This document shows, piece after piece, positions 19,488 to 29,368 of a DNA stretch of 64,000 bases. A program made the position numbers and the translations under genes. Position 1 is the stretch's first letter, and every line of letters begins with the position of its first letter. The stretch is from Verrucomicrobiota bacterium (GTDB taxonomy: Bacteria; Verrucomicrobiota; Verrucomicrobiia; Verrucomicrobiales; DEV007): contig JASFYY010000118.1 of assembly GCA_045046875.1 (NCBI GenBank), positions 9,841-73,840 of the forward strand, written 5' to 3'. The notes beneath the pieces are model-generated. The model made no database searches, was not told the DNA's origin, and saw only the letters and a program-made list of their open reading frames with translations.

Positions 19488-19859
19488 CTAACCTATACGG
19501 AAATCAATATCCTTGATCTGATCACGCCCGAAGCGCTCCTGCATCTTAGCCAAAATCGCACCTTTCATCTGCTGAGCCAGCACATAGTGAATGGAGGGCT
19601 GCAAAACCTGCACAATCAAAACCTTGCGTCGCACCTCAAGCGGTTGGGCATTATTAGCAATGTTACTGCCGACCACTTCCGCCCAGGCGTTGAGCATTTC
19701 TTCCTGGTCACAACGCTTATCCAAGCCCAAGCCCTGCAAAGCCGACTCCATCACATCGCCCACCGGACGACTGAATTTCGATAGATCCTCCGGCTCCCAC
19801 ACGCCTCGCCACGCCGCCAGCAAGTGATCCTTCTTTGAACGTATCCGTCGTCTGCTCAT
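19488..19859 (-). CDS. DUF721/DciA family protein
   Basis: W.EVVG..IANNAQPL.V....LIVQV....IKDIDFRIG. Confidence 0.8.
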   Translation of the reverse strand: MSRRRIRSKKDHLLAAWRGVWEPEDLSKFSRPVGDVMESALQGLGLDKRCDQEEMLNAWAEVVGSNIANNAQPLEVRRKVLIVQVLQPSIHYVLAQQMKGAILAKMQERFGRDQIKDIDFRIG

Positions 19860-19916
19860 ATCTGCCGCTGCGAGCCGGTCTCACAGACCTCCCTATTAAT
19901 ACCCGAAATTAGACAT

Positions 19917-19951
19917 AAAAAAACCGCACCAGTCAAACTCGTGCGGTTTTT
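19917..19951 (-). terminator. Bidirectional intrinsic terminator after ferredoxin
   Basis: A7-CCGCAC-N11-GTGCGG-T5. Confidence 0.7.
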
Positions 19952-19979
19952 AAAATTGTTGTTAAATCCGTTTTTAGAA

Positions 19980-20216
19980 TCAATCAGCACCATTCTCGCC
20001 AATCGCTTCAACCGGACAGCCTTCCATGGCTTCTTCACACAAGGCTCGCTCCTCGTCATTCTCAGGTTGTTTATAAACGTATGAATACCCTCCGTCTTCA
20101 TTACGTGTAAAGTTATCAGACGCAGTCTCACGACACAAGTCACAATCGATGCATTGGTCGTCTACATAAAACGCCCCGTCTACGTTATCAGAATATTTGT
20201 CTTCTACTTCAGCCAT
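19980..20216 (-). CDS. Ferredoxin (single cluster)
   Basis: YVDDQCIDCDLCRE...CPVEAIG. Confidence 0.92.
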   Translation of the reverse strand: MAEVEDKYSDNVDGAFYVDDQCIDCDLCRETASDNFTRNEDGGYSYVYKQPENDEERALCEEAMEGCPVEAIGENGAD

Positions 20217-20403
20217 GTCAGGTCAGTTTAAATTTCGTTGGATAATAGCGGCATTCCAAACGCTTGCAACGCCTTTTTATCCATAATGTTTTTTTCCTCG
20301 TATATTTTAATGGCAAGAAGCCCCTGAACGGTTCACTTTACAGCAATGGGGTTTACAGAAACCCCGCCATTTTTATTTTTGACCCTGCTGCCAAATACAA
20401 CCT

Positions 20404-21195
20404 ATGTCATCACCACTCCAGATCGCCGACCGTAGCTTTCAATCCCGCCTATTGTTAGGAACCGGTAAATTTTCCTCCAATGAAGCCATGCGCGACAGCC
20501 TCGCCGCCTCCGGAACGGAAATCGTGACCGTCGCTCTGCGCCGTGCCGACCTTTCCGAAAAAGGCGATGACCCCTTCGCCAACATCCTCGACTTCGTTGA
20601 CTCTGAAAAGTACCTCCTGCTGCCCAATACCTCTGGAGCCGCCACCGCCGATGAAGCCGTGCGCCTCGCCCGCCTCGCTGTCGCCGCCGGCCTGCCCAAA
20701 TGGATCAAACTCGAAATCCACCCCGACCCCACCTACCTGCTGCCCGACCCCATCGAAACCCTCGCCGCCGCAGAGATCCTGGTGAAAGAAGGTTTCACGG
20801 TGCTGCCCTACATCAATGCCGACCCTGTGCTGGCCAAACGCCTACAGGACGTCGGCACCGCAACCGTCATGCCCCTGGGCTCCCCAATCGGCTCCAACCA
20901 AGGACTCGAAACCCGCCGCCAACTGGAAATCATCATCGAACAAGCCACCGTGCCCGTCGTGATTGACGCCGGCCTGGGCGCCCCCTCGCACGCCGCCGCC
21001 GCAATGGAATTAGGCGCCGACGCCGTGCTCGTCAATACCGCCATCGCCATCTCACCCCAACCCTGCGAAACCGCCCGCGCCTTCAAACTCGCCACCGAAG
21101 CCGGTCGCATCGCCTGGGAAACCGGCCTACCCGAAAGCCAACACACCGCCACCCCCACCAGCCCCCTCACCTCATTCCTCTACAAAAAATCATAA
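20404..21195 (+). CDS. thiG: Thiazole synthase
   Basis: [50 protein letters not shown]. Confidence 0.96.
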   Translation: MSSPLQIADRSFQSRLLLGTGKFSSNEAMRDSLAASGTEIVTVALRRADLSEKGDDPFANILDFVDSEKYLLLPNTSGAATADEAVRLARLAVAAGLPKWIKLEIHPDPTYLLPDPIETLAAAEILVKEGFTVLPYINADPVLAKRLQDVGTATVMPLGSPIGSNQGLETRRQLEIIIEQATVPVVIDAGLGAPSHAAAAMELGADAVLVNTAIAISPQPCETARAFKLATEAGRIAWETGLPESQHTATPTSPLTSFLYKKS

Positions 21196-21233
21196 CCCTT
21201 CCCGCTTCTAACTTCACACTTCAAACGCCCTCC

Positions 21234-22019
21234 GTGCCTCTGCTCAGCGTTCAGAACCTAAACATCTGCCAAACCCGGCCCGATCGCTGGCTGCGCTATC
21301 AAGCCGCCCCGGAAAAACTGCTCGACCAAGTCAGCTTCGAACTCGAAGAAAAACAATGCCTGGCTCTCGTCGGTGAACAACGCAGCGGCAAAATGCCGCT
21401 CACTCTAGCCCTGTTGCGCCAGCACCCGGTTTCTTCAGGCCGGATCGAATACCGCGGACAGGATATCCTGGCAATGAGCAAAAAGCGCTTCCAAAGCAGC
21501 TGCCGCGAAATCCAAGTAGTCTTTGCTGACAACTTCTCAGCCCTGAACCCCCATCACAGCGTCAAAAAAATACTCAACGAACCCTTGGCGGTTCATTTCC
21601 CCAGCCTCAGCGAATCAGAAAAAAAACACCACATGGAATACGCCATGCAGCTCAGCGACCTCGACCCGGAACTGTTGCCGCGTTGGCCCGATGAACTCAA
21701 GCCCGGTCAACGCATCCGCCTCGCCCTCGCCCGTGCCCTGATCGTCGAACCCCGACTGCTCATTTGTCACGACATCGTCAACGCACTCGACAGCCCGGTG
21801 CAAGCGCAGATTCTCAATCTGCTGCTCGATCTACGCGACACCTTGAATTTGACCCTGTTATTTGTCACACATGACCTTGCGATTGCCGACCACATGAGTG
21901 ACCATATGCTCATCCTGCACCGGGGCAGCATCGTCGAAAGCGGCAGCCCGGAAGAAATCATCCACCATCCCAAACACAGCTACACCCAAAAGCTCGTCTC
22001 CTCGACCACCACCATTTAA
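21234..22019 (+). CDS. OppF/DppF-like ABC ATP-binding-fold protein with degenerate motifs, no partner genes nearby
   Basis: ALVGEQRSGKM, ELKPGQRIRLALARAL, LLICHD...ALD, FVTHDL, HPKHSYTQKL. Confidence 0.8.
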   Translation: MPLLSVQNLNICQTRPDRWLRYQAAPEKLLDQVSFELEEKQCLALVGEQRSGKMPLTLALLRQHPVSSGRIEYRGQDILAMSKKRFQSSCREIQVVFADNFSALNPHHSVKKILNEPLAVHFPSLSESEKKHHMEYAMQLSDLDPELLPRWPDELKPGQRIRLALARALIVEPRLLICHDIVNALDSPVQAQILNLLLDLRDTLNLTLLFVTHDLAIADHMSDHMLILHRGSIVESGSPEEIIHHPKHSYTQKLVSSTTTI

Positions 22020-22067
22020 AATCTACCCCATTCAACCTCCTGAATTCTCTCTACTACCTTCTTTCAA

Positions 22068-23255
22068 GTGACTCCTCTTCTGCGAAAATTTCTAGGTTTG
22101 AACTGGGTATTGGTCTTCACCATGCTCGGCTTGATCATTTTTGGAATTTTTTCCATCTACGGAGCCAGCTGGATGCGCAGCGACCCTGATCTGGCCAATA
22201 AATGGCGGGACCAACTCAACTGGGTATTGATCGGCTTCGGGGTATTTTTTGTTGTCTCCCTGATCGACTACCACTGGATCAAATGGGCTTCCATACCTTT
22301 TTATTTGGGATCCCTGGTTCTGCTCATTATCGCTGAGTTCAAGGGTATTGAAGTGCATGGCACCCAAGGTTGGCTGCGCCTGCCCGGTGGCATTTCCTTT
22401 CAGCCTTCACAGGTTGCCATTGCTGCCGGCATCATTATGCTGGCGATGGTTCTGAGCCACCTGCACAAACTGCACTCCATTTTTCGCAACCACTTCCTGC
22501 GGGTTTTTGTCGCCGGAGTAGTCGGCGGCCTGCCCTTCCTGATGGTGCTGAAATCCGGCGACCTGGGATCCGCGCTGGTCTGGGCTCCGGTGATCGGAGC
22601 CATGCTGTTAATCGGAGCCATTCCCTTCCGCTACTTGATCGTCATCGTGCTGACCGGCACCCTGATCCTGCCCTTCGCCTATTTTTTCGGGCTCAAGGAT
22701 TACCAGAAAAAACGCATCACGGTGCAGATCGACATGCTGATGGGTCGCGAAGTTGATATCCGCAATGAAGCCTACTCCGCCCACAACAACCTGATGGCCA
22801 TTGGCAGTGGCGGCTGGGCTGGCAAAGGTTTTAAAAATCCCGACACCCTCAACTACAAAGGTTTCATTTCCAAGGACACCGCCATCACCGACTTCATTTT
22901 TCCCGTGCTCGCAGAAGAACACGGCTTCCGCGGAGCCTTCTTGATGCTGTCAACTTTCTTACTCCTTCTGCTTCAAAGCCTTTTTGTAGCTTTTTACGCA
23001 AAAGATATGGTAGGCAGACTGCTGGTTGTTGGTGTGGTTGCGCTCTTTTTTGCCCATATTTTCCAAAACGTGGGCATGAATGTACTGCTGATGCCCATCA
23101 CCGGGATCCCCTTGCCGCTGATTAGCTACGGTGGCACGTTCATGGTCATGGTTCTTTTTTTACAGGGACTGGTGCAAAGTGTCTGGGTCCATCGCCATGA
23201 CCTGCAAGCTGAAGCCAAAGCTGCCAGCGGCATGCAGATCGACCATTTGAACTGA
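22068..23255 (+). CDS. rodA: SEDS family peptidoglycan glycosyltransferase (RodA)
   Basis: FQPSQ, DLGSALV, YQKKRI, AIGSGGWAGKG, TDFIF..LAEEHGF, PITGIPLPLISYGG. Confidence 0.85.
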   Translation: MTPLLRKFLGLNWVLVFTMLGLIIFGIFSIYGASWMRSDPDLANKWRDQLNWVLIGFGVFFVVSLIDYHWIKWASIPFYLGSLVLLIIAEFKGIEVHGTQGWLRLPGGISFQPSQVAIAAGIIMLAMVLSHLHKLHSIFRNHFLRVFVAGVVGGLPFLMVLKSGDLGSALVWAPVIGAMLLIGAIPFRYLIVIVLTGTLILPFAYFFGLKDYQKKRITVQIDMLMGREVDIRNEAYSAHNNLMAIGSGGWAGKGFKNPDTLNYKGFISKDTAITDFIFPVLAEEHGFRGAFLMLSTFLLLLLQSLFVAFYAKDMVGRLLVVGVVALFFAHIFQNVGMNVLLMPITGIPLPLISYGGTFMVMVLFLQGLVQSVWVHRHDLQAEAKAASGMQIDHLN

Positions 23256-23405
23256 GCTTCACCAGATTAACTGCGCAGATCAAACTTTGAGTTGAGCACA
23301 CGCCATTTTTCCGTAACGGTAGACCTCCGTTCATCAATCCCGATCAAGCTTGGATAAAAGGGCTCTTCCCTATCCAATCATTCATCCATTTCAATACACA
23401 TCAGC

Positions 23406-24596
23406 ATGAAAATCGCATTCCTTACCGCCGGCGGCCTCGCCCCCTGTCTTTCTTCTTCGATCGGTGCTCTCATCCAACACTACCAGACCCTGGCTCCCGA
23501 TGCTGAATTTGTCGGTTACCTCAACGGCTACCAAGGGCTGCTGCTCGGCAAATCGATCACTTTCCCCGAATCGGCCAAAAAAAATTACGAGGTTTTTTAT
23601 AAATTCGGTGGCAGCCCCATCGGCAACAGCCGGGTGAAACTCACCAACGTCGAAGACTGTGTCAAACGCGGCTTGGTTCAAAAAGGTGAAACTCCGCTCA
23701 ACGTCGCCGCCGAGCAATTGCGCAAAGACAAAATCGACATCCTTCACACCATCGGCGGAGATGACACCAATACCACCGCCGCCGACCTCGCCGCCTACCT
23801 GCACCAACACGATTACGAATTCACCGTCGTCGGCATGCCCAAAACGGTCGATAACGACGTTTACCCCATCTCCCAATCCCTCGGAGCTTGGACCGCCGCC
23901 GAACAAGGCTCGCTATTTTTCCAAAACATCGCCAACGAAAATACCACCAGCGCGCGCCAGCTGATCATCCATGAAGTGATGGGACGCAACTGCGGTTGGC
24001 TGACCGCCGCCACCGCCGCCGCCTACCGCAAAAATCTATCCACTTGGGATTTCTTTCCCGAAGTTCTGCTCACCCAGGAACGCTGGGACATCGATGCCGT
24101 GTGGATTCCCGAGATGCCTTTGGATTTAGAAAAAGAATCCACTCGCCTCCGTCAACGCATGGATGAAAAAGATTGCGTCAACGTCTTCATCAGCGAAGGC
24201 GCTGGCGTCGATGCCATCGTCAAACAAATGGAAGCCGAAGGCACCGAAGTGCGTCGTGACGCCTTTGGACACGTGCGGCTCGACGAAGTGAACGTCGGCC
24301 AATGGTTCGGCAAAGAACTGAAAAAAAGCCTCGGTGCCGAAAAAGTACTGGTACAGAAAAGCGGCTACTTCGCCCGCTCCGCCGCGCCCAACGACGCTGA
24401 TCTCGAGCTCATCAAGCAGAGCGCTGGAATCGCCGCCCAAGGAGCCCTCGCGGGAACCAGTGGCGTTGCCGGACTCGACGAAGACCAAGGCAATGAAATG
24501 CGTGTGATCGAGTTCCCGCGGATCAAAGGTGGCAAGCCTTTTAATACCGAAGAACCCTGGTTCATCGATATGCTGAAAGAAATCGGCCAGGCTTAA
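23406..24596 (+). CDS. pfp: Pyrophosphate-dependent phosphofructokinase
   Basis: LTAGGLAPCLSS; GGDDT and PKTVDND (Asp/Lys PPi determinants); EVMGRNCG; KSGYFARS. Confidence 0.92.
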   Translation: MKIAFLTAGGLAPCLSSSIGALIQHYQTLAPDAEFVGYLNGYQGLLLGKSITFPESAKKNYEVFYKFGGSPIGNSRVKLTNVEDCVKRGLVQKGETPLNVAAEQLRKDKIDILHTIGGDDTNTTAADLAAYLHQHDYEFTVVGMPKTVDNDVYPISQSLGAWTAAEQGSLFFQNIANENTTSARQLIIHEVMGRNCGWLTAATAAAYRKNLSTWDFFPEVLLTQERWDIDAVWIPEMPLDLEKESTRLRQRMDEKDCVNVFISEGAGVDAIVKQMEAEGTEVRRDAFGHVRLDEVNVGQWFGKELKKSLGAEKVLVQKSGYFARSAAPNDADLELIKQSAGIAAQGALAGTSGVAGLDEDQGNEMRVIEFPRIKGGKPFNTEEPWFIDMLKEIGQA

Positions 24597-24607
24597 GCGG
24601 CGGAACC

Positions 24608-25927
24608 TTAGATCAAATCAAAGCGCCCGCTGCTATCCCCCAAGCGATCTTGCTTCACCCCCACTCGATCCAGCATCGACAGATACATGTTGCTCATCGG
24701 CACCGCTTGGACGGTTTTCAAATGACGCCCAGCCCGTAGCCCGCCACCTTTACCTGCCAGGATCACTGGCAAGTCATCGTGGTTGTGGCGGTTGCCATCA
24801 GAGATCGCACCCCCATAAACGATCATGCTGTTATCCAGCAAAGAGCTGCCGTCCGGCTCCTTGACCGCCTTGAGGCTTTCAAGAAAATAAGCAAACTGAT
24901 CCAGATAAAAACGATCGACTTTTGCAATCTTGGCAATTTTTCCCGCATCATTGCGGTGATGAGACAACTGGTGATGCCCCTCGCCTACTCCCAGACTTTT
25001 AAAATTACGATTGCTGCCATCATGCGCCACCAAAAAAGTAGCGATACGGGTGGTATCACTCTGAAAAGCCAATACCATCAAATCATACATCACCCGGATA
25101 TGATCCTTGTACATCGCAGGAATGCCGGTAGGTTTGTCAATATCAGGCAAAGACGCCGCAAATTTTTCCGCATTGACGATCTTACGCTCCAGATCACGCA
25201 CCCCGGTCAAATATTCGTCCAACTTTTGCCGATCCGAGTATCCCAGCTGACTTTGTAATTTTTTGGCATCTTGCAAAACAAAATCCAGGATACTTTGATC
25301 ATACAAAGTCCGCCGCGCCCGACTTTCTGCATCCTGTTTGCGATCGCCGCTGCCAAACATCTGCTCAAACACCAAACGCGGATCAATCTCTGGAGGCAAA
25401 GGCAAGGATTCGGTTTTCCAGGAAAAATTAAACTGATAAGCGCAGCTGTAACCCGAATCACACCGCCCCGCCTGACGTGCCGGATCGCAGCCCAGTTGCA
25501 GCGATGGCAAGCGAGTCAAATGCCCGACCTTAGCCGCCGCATACTGATCCACCGAAATCCCATTTCGAATATCCGCCCCAGCCGTCTTGCGTGCTTGGAT
25601 CCCGGTAAGAAAAGTTGCGTTCGCCCGTGCGTGATCCCCTGCCCCGTCACCATTGGCTTTAGCTTTGTCATGAGCCAAACCGGTGATCACCTGGATTTCA
25701 TTCCTCAGCTTCTTCAAACCCGCCATCGATTCTCCCAACTGCCACTTCGCCCCCACCCCCTTCGGTCGCCAACGATCCATGATCGCGCCATTGGGAGCAT
25801 AAACAAAAGCCATTCGCTGGGGGCGCTTGCCGCCCCTCTGCTCCGCCATCAACTGCAAACCAGGCAACGCCACCACACTGCCCAATCCTCTCAAAAAAGC
25901 CCGCCGATGTATCCTGCCTTTCATCAT
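24608..25927 (-). CDS. DUF1552 family protein (Tat)
   Basis: RRAFLRG, CDSGYSCAY, DPRLVFEQMFG, HHQLSHH, DGNRHNHDDLP. Confidence 0.92.
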   Translation of the reverse strand: MMKGRIHRRAFLRGLGSVVALPGLQLMAEQRGGKRPQRMAFVYAPNGAIMDRWRPKGVGAKWQLGESMAGLKKLRNEIQVITGLAHDKAKANGDGAGDHARANATFLTGIQARKTAGADIRNGISVDQYAAAKVGHLTRLPSLQLGCDPARQAGRCDSGYSCAYQFNFSWKTESLPLPPEIDPRLVFEQMFGSGDRKQDAESRARRTLYDQSILDFVLQDAKKLQSQLGYSDRQKLDEYLTGVRDLERKIVNAEKFAASLPDIDKPTGIPAMYKDHIRVMYDLMVLAFQSDTTRIATFLVAHDGSNRNFKSLGVGEGHHQLSHHRNDAGKIAKIAKVDRFYLDQFAYFLESLKAVKEPDGSSLLDNSMIVYGGAISDGNRHNHDDLPVILAGKGGGLRAGRHLKTVQAVPMSNMYLSMLDRVGVKQDRLGDSSGRFDLI

Positions 25928-26021
25928 AAAATCTCCCTTGTCTATATACTTTCCTTCACCATAAATGGCTCCTAATCAAAATATCCCACAAACATCAAAG
26001 AAATCCACCTTCACTCCAAAC

Positions 26022-28340
26022 TCAACCATCCCCTCGCCGCTGTTGGAAAGGCGTCGATCTCACTACAGCCTTGATCAATTCATGCATCCGGTATTCCCCT
26101 TGCTCCACCTTGGAAGTAATCTCGCGTAAAGCGGGTTTGTCATAATATTCCATCCCCCTGCCCAAGGCATAGATCAACATCATCTCACTCAGACAACGAA
26201 CAAAAGCATCTTTTTTTCCATTGGCCAACAACCGGCGCATCTGCGCCGGACCATCAAACGACTCTCCGGTGTACAACACCCCCGATGCATCGATGGCTTT
26301 TCCACCTTCTTCATCTTGCCAGGCCCCGATGGCATTATAACTTTCCAAGCCAAATCCAATCGGATCCATCCGGTTATGGCAGGATGCACACATCGTGTCC
26401 TCACGATGAATTTCCAACTGCTGTCTGAGCGATTTGTTTTTATTATCACCCTTGGCAGATTCCTCCAAGCTGGGCAAATCCGGAGGCGGGGGCGGCGGCG
26501 GCGAACCTAGGATATTCTCCAACACCCAATTGCCTCGTTTCACTAACGAAGTTCGTGTGGGGTTCGAAGTGATCGTCAGAATACTCGCCTGAGTCAACAA
26601 CCCTCCACGCTGTCGCTGCAAACCCTCGCTCAATTTCACCCTGCGAAAGGCCTCGCCTTTCACACCCGGAATCCGGTAGTGCCGTGCCAATCTTTCATTC
26701 ACAAAAGTATAATCCGTGTCCAACATTTCAAGAATATTTCGATTTTCATCGACGATCGAAGCAAAAAAATGCTCAGTCTCTCCTAACATCGCAGCTCGCA
26801 AAGCTTCATCCCATTGCTTGAACTTTTTCTGATCAGGACTGACTATTTTTAAATTGCGTAATTGAAGCCACTGTCCGGCAAAATTTCTACTTAATGCCGA
26901 GATCTTGTCATCAGCCAACATCCGGTCAAGCTGGGCATCCAAATTCTTCCTGAGCGCCCCTCTTTCCGCCATATTCAAAAGTTCATCATCGGGCATCGTG
27001 CTCCATAAAAAATAAGAAAGCCTACTAGCCAAAGCATATTCATCGACCTCGTGAATCGATTTTTCATTATCCGGATCCGGCTGAATTTCACCACGAAAGA
27101 GAAAATGTGGCGACATCAAAACCGCCTGCATCACTAATCTCACCCCGGCTTCAAAACCCTCTCCCTGTTGCCTGGCCATTTCATAAAACCCCATCAGCCC
27201 CTTTAAATCCTGTTCCGAAACCGGCCGACGAAAAGCACGCCGGGCAAAAGCCCTCACGACCTCACGAGCCCGCTCCGGCTCGGACCCTTTACCTTCTCCT
27301 GCTGCGAACAGCTTCCGTTGAACCTCACTTGGTGCAGGAACAGGTCGATTCAGAGGCCCGGTAAGCTTCACTCTCAACACTGACAAATTGCGATCTCGCT
27401 GACGGGGATCTTTTGCTTTGGGGTCATAATAATCATTCGAAAAAGTCATCTCCACCCAATGCTCACCTGACTTCATTTCTGCTTCGATCACAAAAGCCTG
27501 CGGATTGTTGCGATTCGTCGTCACACGAAAATCTTTAGCCGGACCATTCTGCAGCTTCACCTTCATCAACGGCCACTGCTTTTTTGCCGGGCTCCCTCCC
27601 GCCAAAATAGCGATCTGATATTTACCTGAATCAGCAACCTTCAAGCTCACCGCCACCGTGCCATTACTGCTCAAATCACCCGACTTGTTCGGCTTCCCTT
27701 TCCTGCCCTTGAATTCATTCTCATTATACAGCAACACTTCGGGAGCAGCTGCCTCGGTGACAATGGCTTGGTTTAAAATATCTCCGCTCGCCTTCAGATA
27801 ACGCTCCATCAAGACTGGCGGCAGCGACAAAACATCCCCGATGTTATCAAACCCGTAACCGGTGTCATCTTCCGGGAATGAATCAGCTGGCCGCAAATCC
27901 AGACCAATCAAATCGCGCATAGTATTATTATACTCCTCGCGATTCAGTCTGCGTATCGTCACTTTTCCCGGATCCGGATGTTTGGCATCCAACTGAAAAA
28001 CCTCACTTTCGATCCAAGCGATGACAAGTTCCCGCTCATCACTCCCAGGCTGCGACTTATCCGGCGGCGGCATCAGATGTTTTTCCAAATTGTCATAAAC
28101 CGCTGCCCACATCTTTTTATCACTCACCAACTCAAGTTCGTCAGCATACTCATCCAGAGCAATGCCCCCCTTATCCATGCCATCCCCATGGCAGTCGTAA
28201 CATCGCTCGATCAACACAGGCTCCACATCAAGACCATAACTCAAGCGCTCCCCCTCCATCGAGCGCCATAAGGCCAGGCCGATAGCAATGATCAACGCGC
28301 TCACCAAAACGAGTTGGATTCCTAAAGAGTTAATCTTCAT
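26022..28340 (-). CDS. DUF1587/DUF1595/DUF1592/DUF1588/DUF1585 cytochrome c protein with inserted carbohydrate-binding-like module
   Basis: CYDCH, RRLNREEYNNT, LASRLSYFLWSTMPD, RTSLVKRG, CASCHNRMDPIGF. Confidence 0.92.
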   Translation of the reverse strand: MKINSLGIQLVLVSALIIAIGLALWRSMEGERLSYGLDVEPVLIERCYDCHGDGMDKGGIALDEYADELELVSDKKMWAAVYDNLEKHLMPPPDKSQPGSDERELVIAWIESEVFQLDAKHPDPGKVTIRRLNREEYNNTMRDLIGLDLRPADSFPEDDTGYGFDNIGDVLSLPPVLMERYLKASGDILNQAIVTEAAAPEVLLYNENEFKGRKGKPNKSGDLSSNGTVAVSLKVADSGKYQIAILAGGSPAKKQWPLMKVKLQNGPAKDFRVTTNRNNPQAFVIEAEMKSGEHWVEMTFSNDYYDPKAKDPRQRDRNLSVLRVKLTGPLNRPVPAPSEVQRKLFAAGEGKGSEPERAREVVRAFARRAFRRPVSEQDLKGLMGFYEMARQQGEGFEAGVRLVMQAVLMSPHFLFRGEIQPDPDNEKSIHEVDEYALASRLSYFLWSTMPDDELLNMAERGALRKNLDAQLDRMLADDKISALSRNFAGQWLQLRNLKIVSPDQKKFKQWDEALRAAMLGETEHFFASIVDENRNILEMLDTDYTFVNERLARHYRIPGVKGEAFRRVKLSEGLQRQRGGLLTQASILTITSNPTRTSLVKRGNWVLENILGSPPPPPPPDLPSLEESAKGDNKNKSLRQQLEIHREDTMCASCHNRMDPIGFGLESYNAIGAWQDEEGGKAIDASGVLYTGESFDGPAQMRRLLANGKKDAFVRCLSEMMLIYALGRGMEYYDKPALREITSKVEQGEYRMHELIKAVVRSTPFQQRRGDG

Positions 28341-28634
28341 AGATAAAAAATAACCATCGTAGATTTTTAAAAATCAAACTCTCTTCGAGTTTTCCGCGTG
28401 CAGCTACCTGCCTCCTTTTACTGACTACTCAATCCGGAATTTGTTCATTCCGCCAGACTCCCCGCAGGTGAAATGCCCGCCTTTCAGAAGCACCCGGCAA
28501 CACTCCCTACTCGCCAGCATCCAGCTAAGCACCCAGGCAAACACCCTCTCATATCTTTTATTTATTTTTTCCTAAAAAAAGCTTGTAATTAGTTAAGTTT
28601 TCTATAATTTCAATAAAACTTAACTATTTCAAAT

Positions 28635-29351
28635 ATGAAAAAGCTGATTGTTGTCGCTAACGACCTGGAGGATTCTGGCAAGTCCACCTTCTCTCTCTCC
28701 TTCCAACACCTTTTGAATAACCAGGGAGTTAAACACCTATTCATCACTACCGATGAAGGTGACGTAGATGATAACTTTTCCGGTGATTACTGGGACTTTG
28801 ACGAACAGCTTGAGATCTCCCAACTCATCCGGGCGATTGATCGCAACGATGTAGTTATTCTGGATCTCAACAGTGGTGACGCCCGCATTTGGGCCGAGTT
28901 TTTTGAAGAAAACGAGATCGACACGGTATTAGCGGAAATTGATGCTTCCATGACCTTGGTTGTTCCCTGCCACGACAGCGAGCGCTGCCACAACGAACTC
29001 ATCGAACTCGCCGAGATATTTTCCGACAGCGCCGACTATGTCATCCCCCATTTCTCGTCCATCACCGCACAAACTAAAAAACTACCGTGGAAAGGTAGTT
29101 ACGCAGCCAAAGTCACTGACTACTTGGGTGCCCTGCACTTTGAAATACCGGAACTCAGTCAAGAGCTGGAAACGGCGCTGGAATCCCATGATCTTACTTT
29201 GTCTCAAGCCTTGACCCAACTCGATCAACTGCCACGTTTTGTGGAAGTTGCCGCCATGCAATGGCTCGAACAGGTAGGCAAAGCCATCAACGGCACTGGA
29301 GAATACGTGTTGCCAAAAAATACGACTATGCGCAAAACAATGGCAGTTTGA
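28635..29351 (+). CDS. Hypothetical acidic protein with deviant P-loop (ParA/MinD/CobQ-like fold suspected)
   Basis: N-terminal IVVANDLEDSGKSTF; FITTD; VVILDL. Confidence 0.55.
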   Translation: MKKLIVVANDLEDSGKSTFSLSFQHLLNNQGVKHLFITTDEGDVDDNFSGDYWDFDEQLEISQLIRAIDRNDVVILDLNSGDARIWAEFFEENEIDTVLAEIDASMTLVVPCHDSERCHNELIELAEIFSDSADYVIPHFSSITAQTKKLPWKGSYAAKVTDYLGALHFEIPELSQELETALESHDLTLSQALTQLDQLPRFVEVAAMQWLEQVGKAINGTGEYVLPKNTTMRKTMAV

Positions 29352-29368
29352 GCCAGCGCTTCCCTCTC

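Noticed and set aside
20217..20403. TPP riboswitch upstream of thiG
   Set aside because: The conserved CTGAGA and downstream aptamer motifs are absent.
23391..23906. Long antisense and alternative-frame ORFs (also 4799-5539, 11917-12726, 33986-34768, 36602-37270, 42760-43449 and others)
   Set aside because: These are shadows of well-supported genes caused by codon bias, with no recognisable motifs.
28341..28634. Possible ncRNA in the long divergent intergenic region
   Set aside because: No convincing stem-loop set or known RNA motif recognised; compatible with two promoters.
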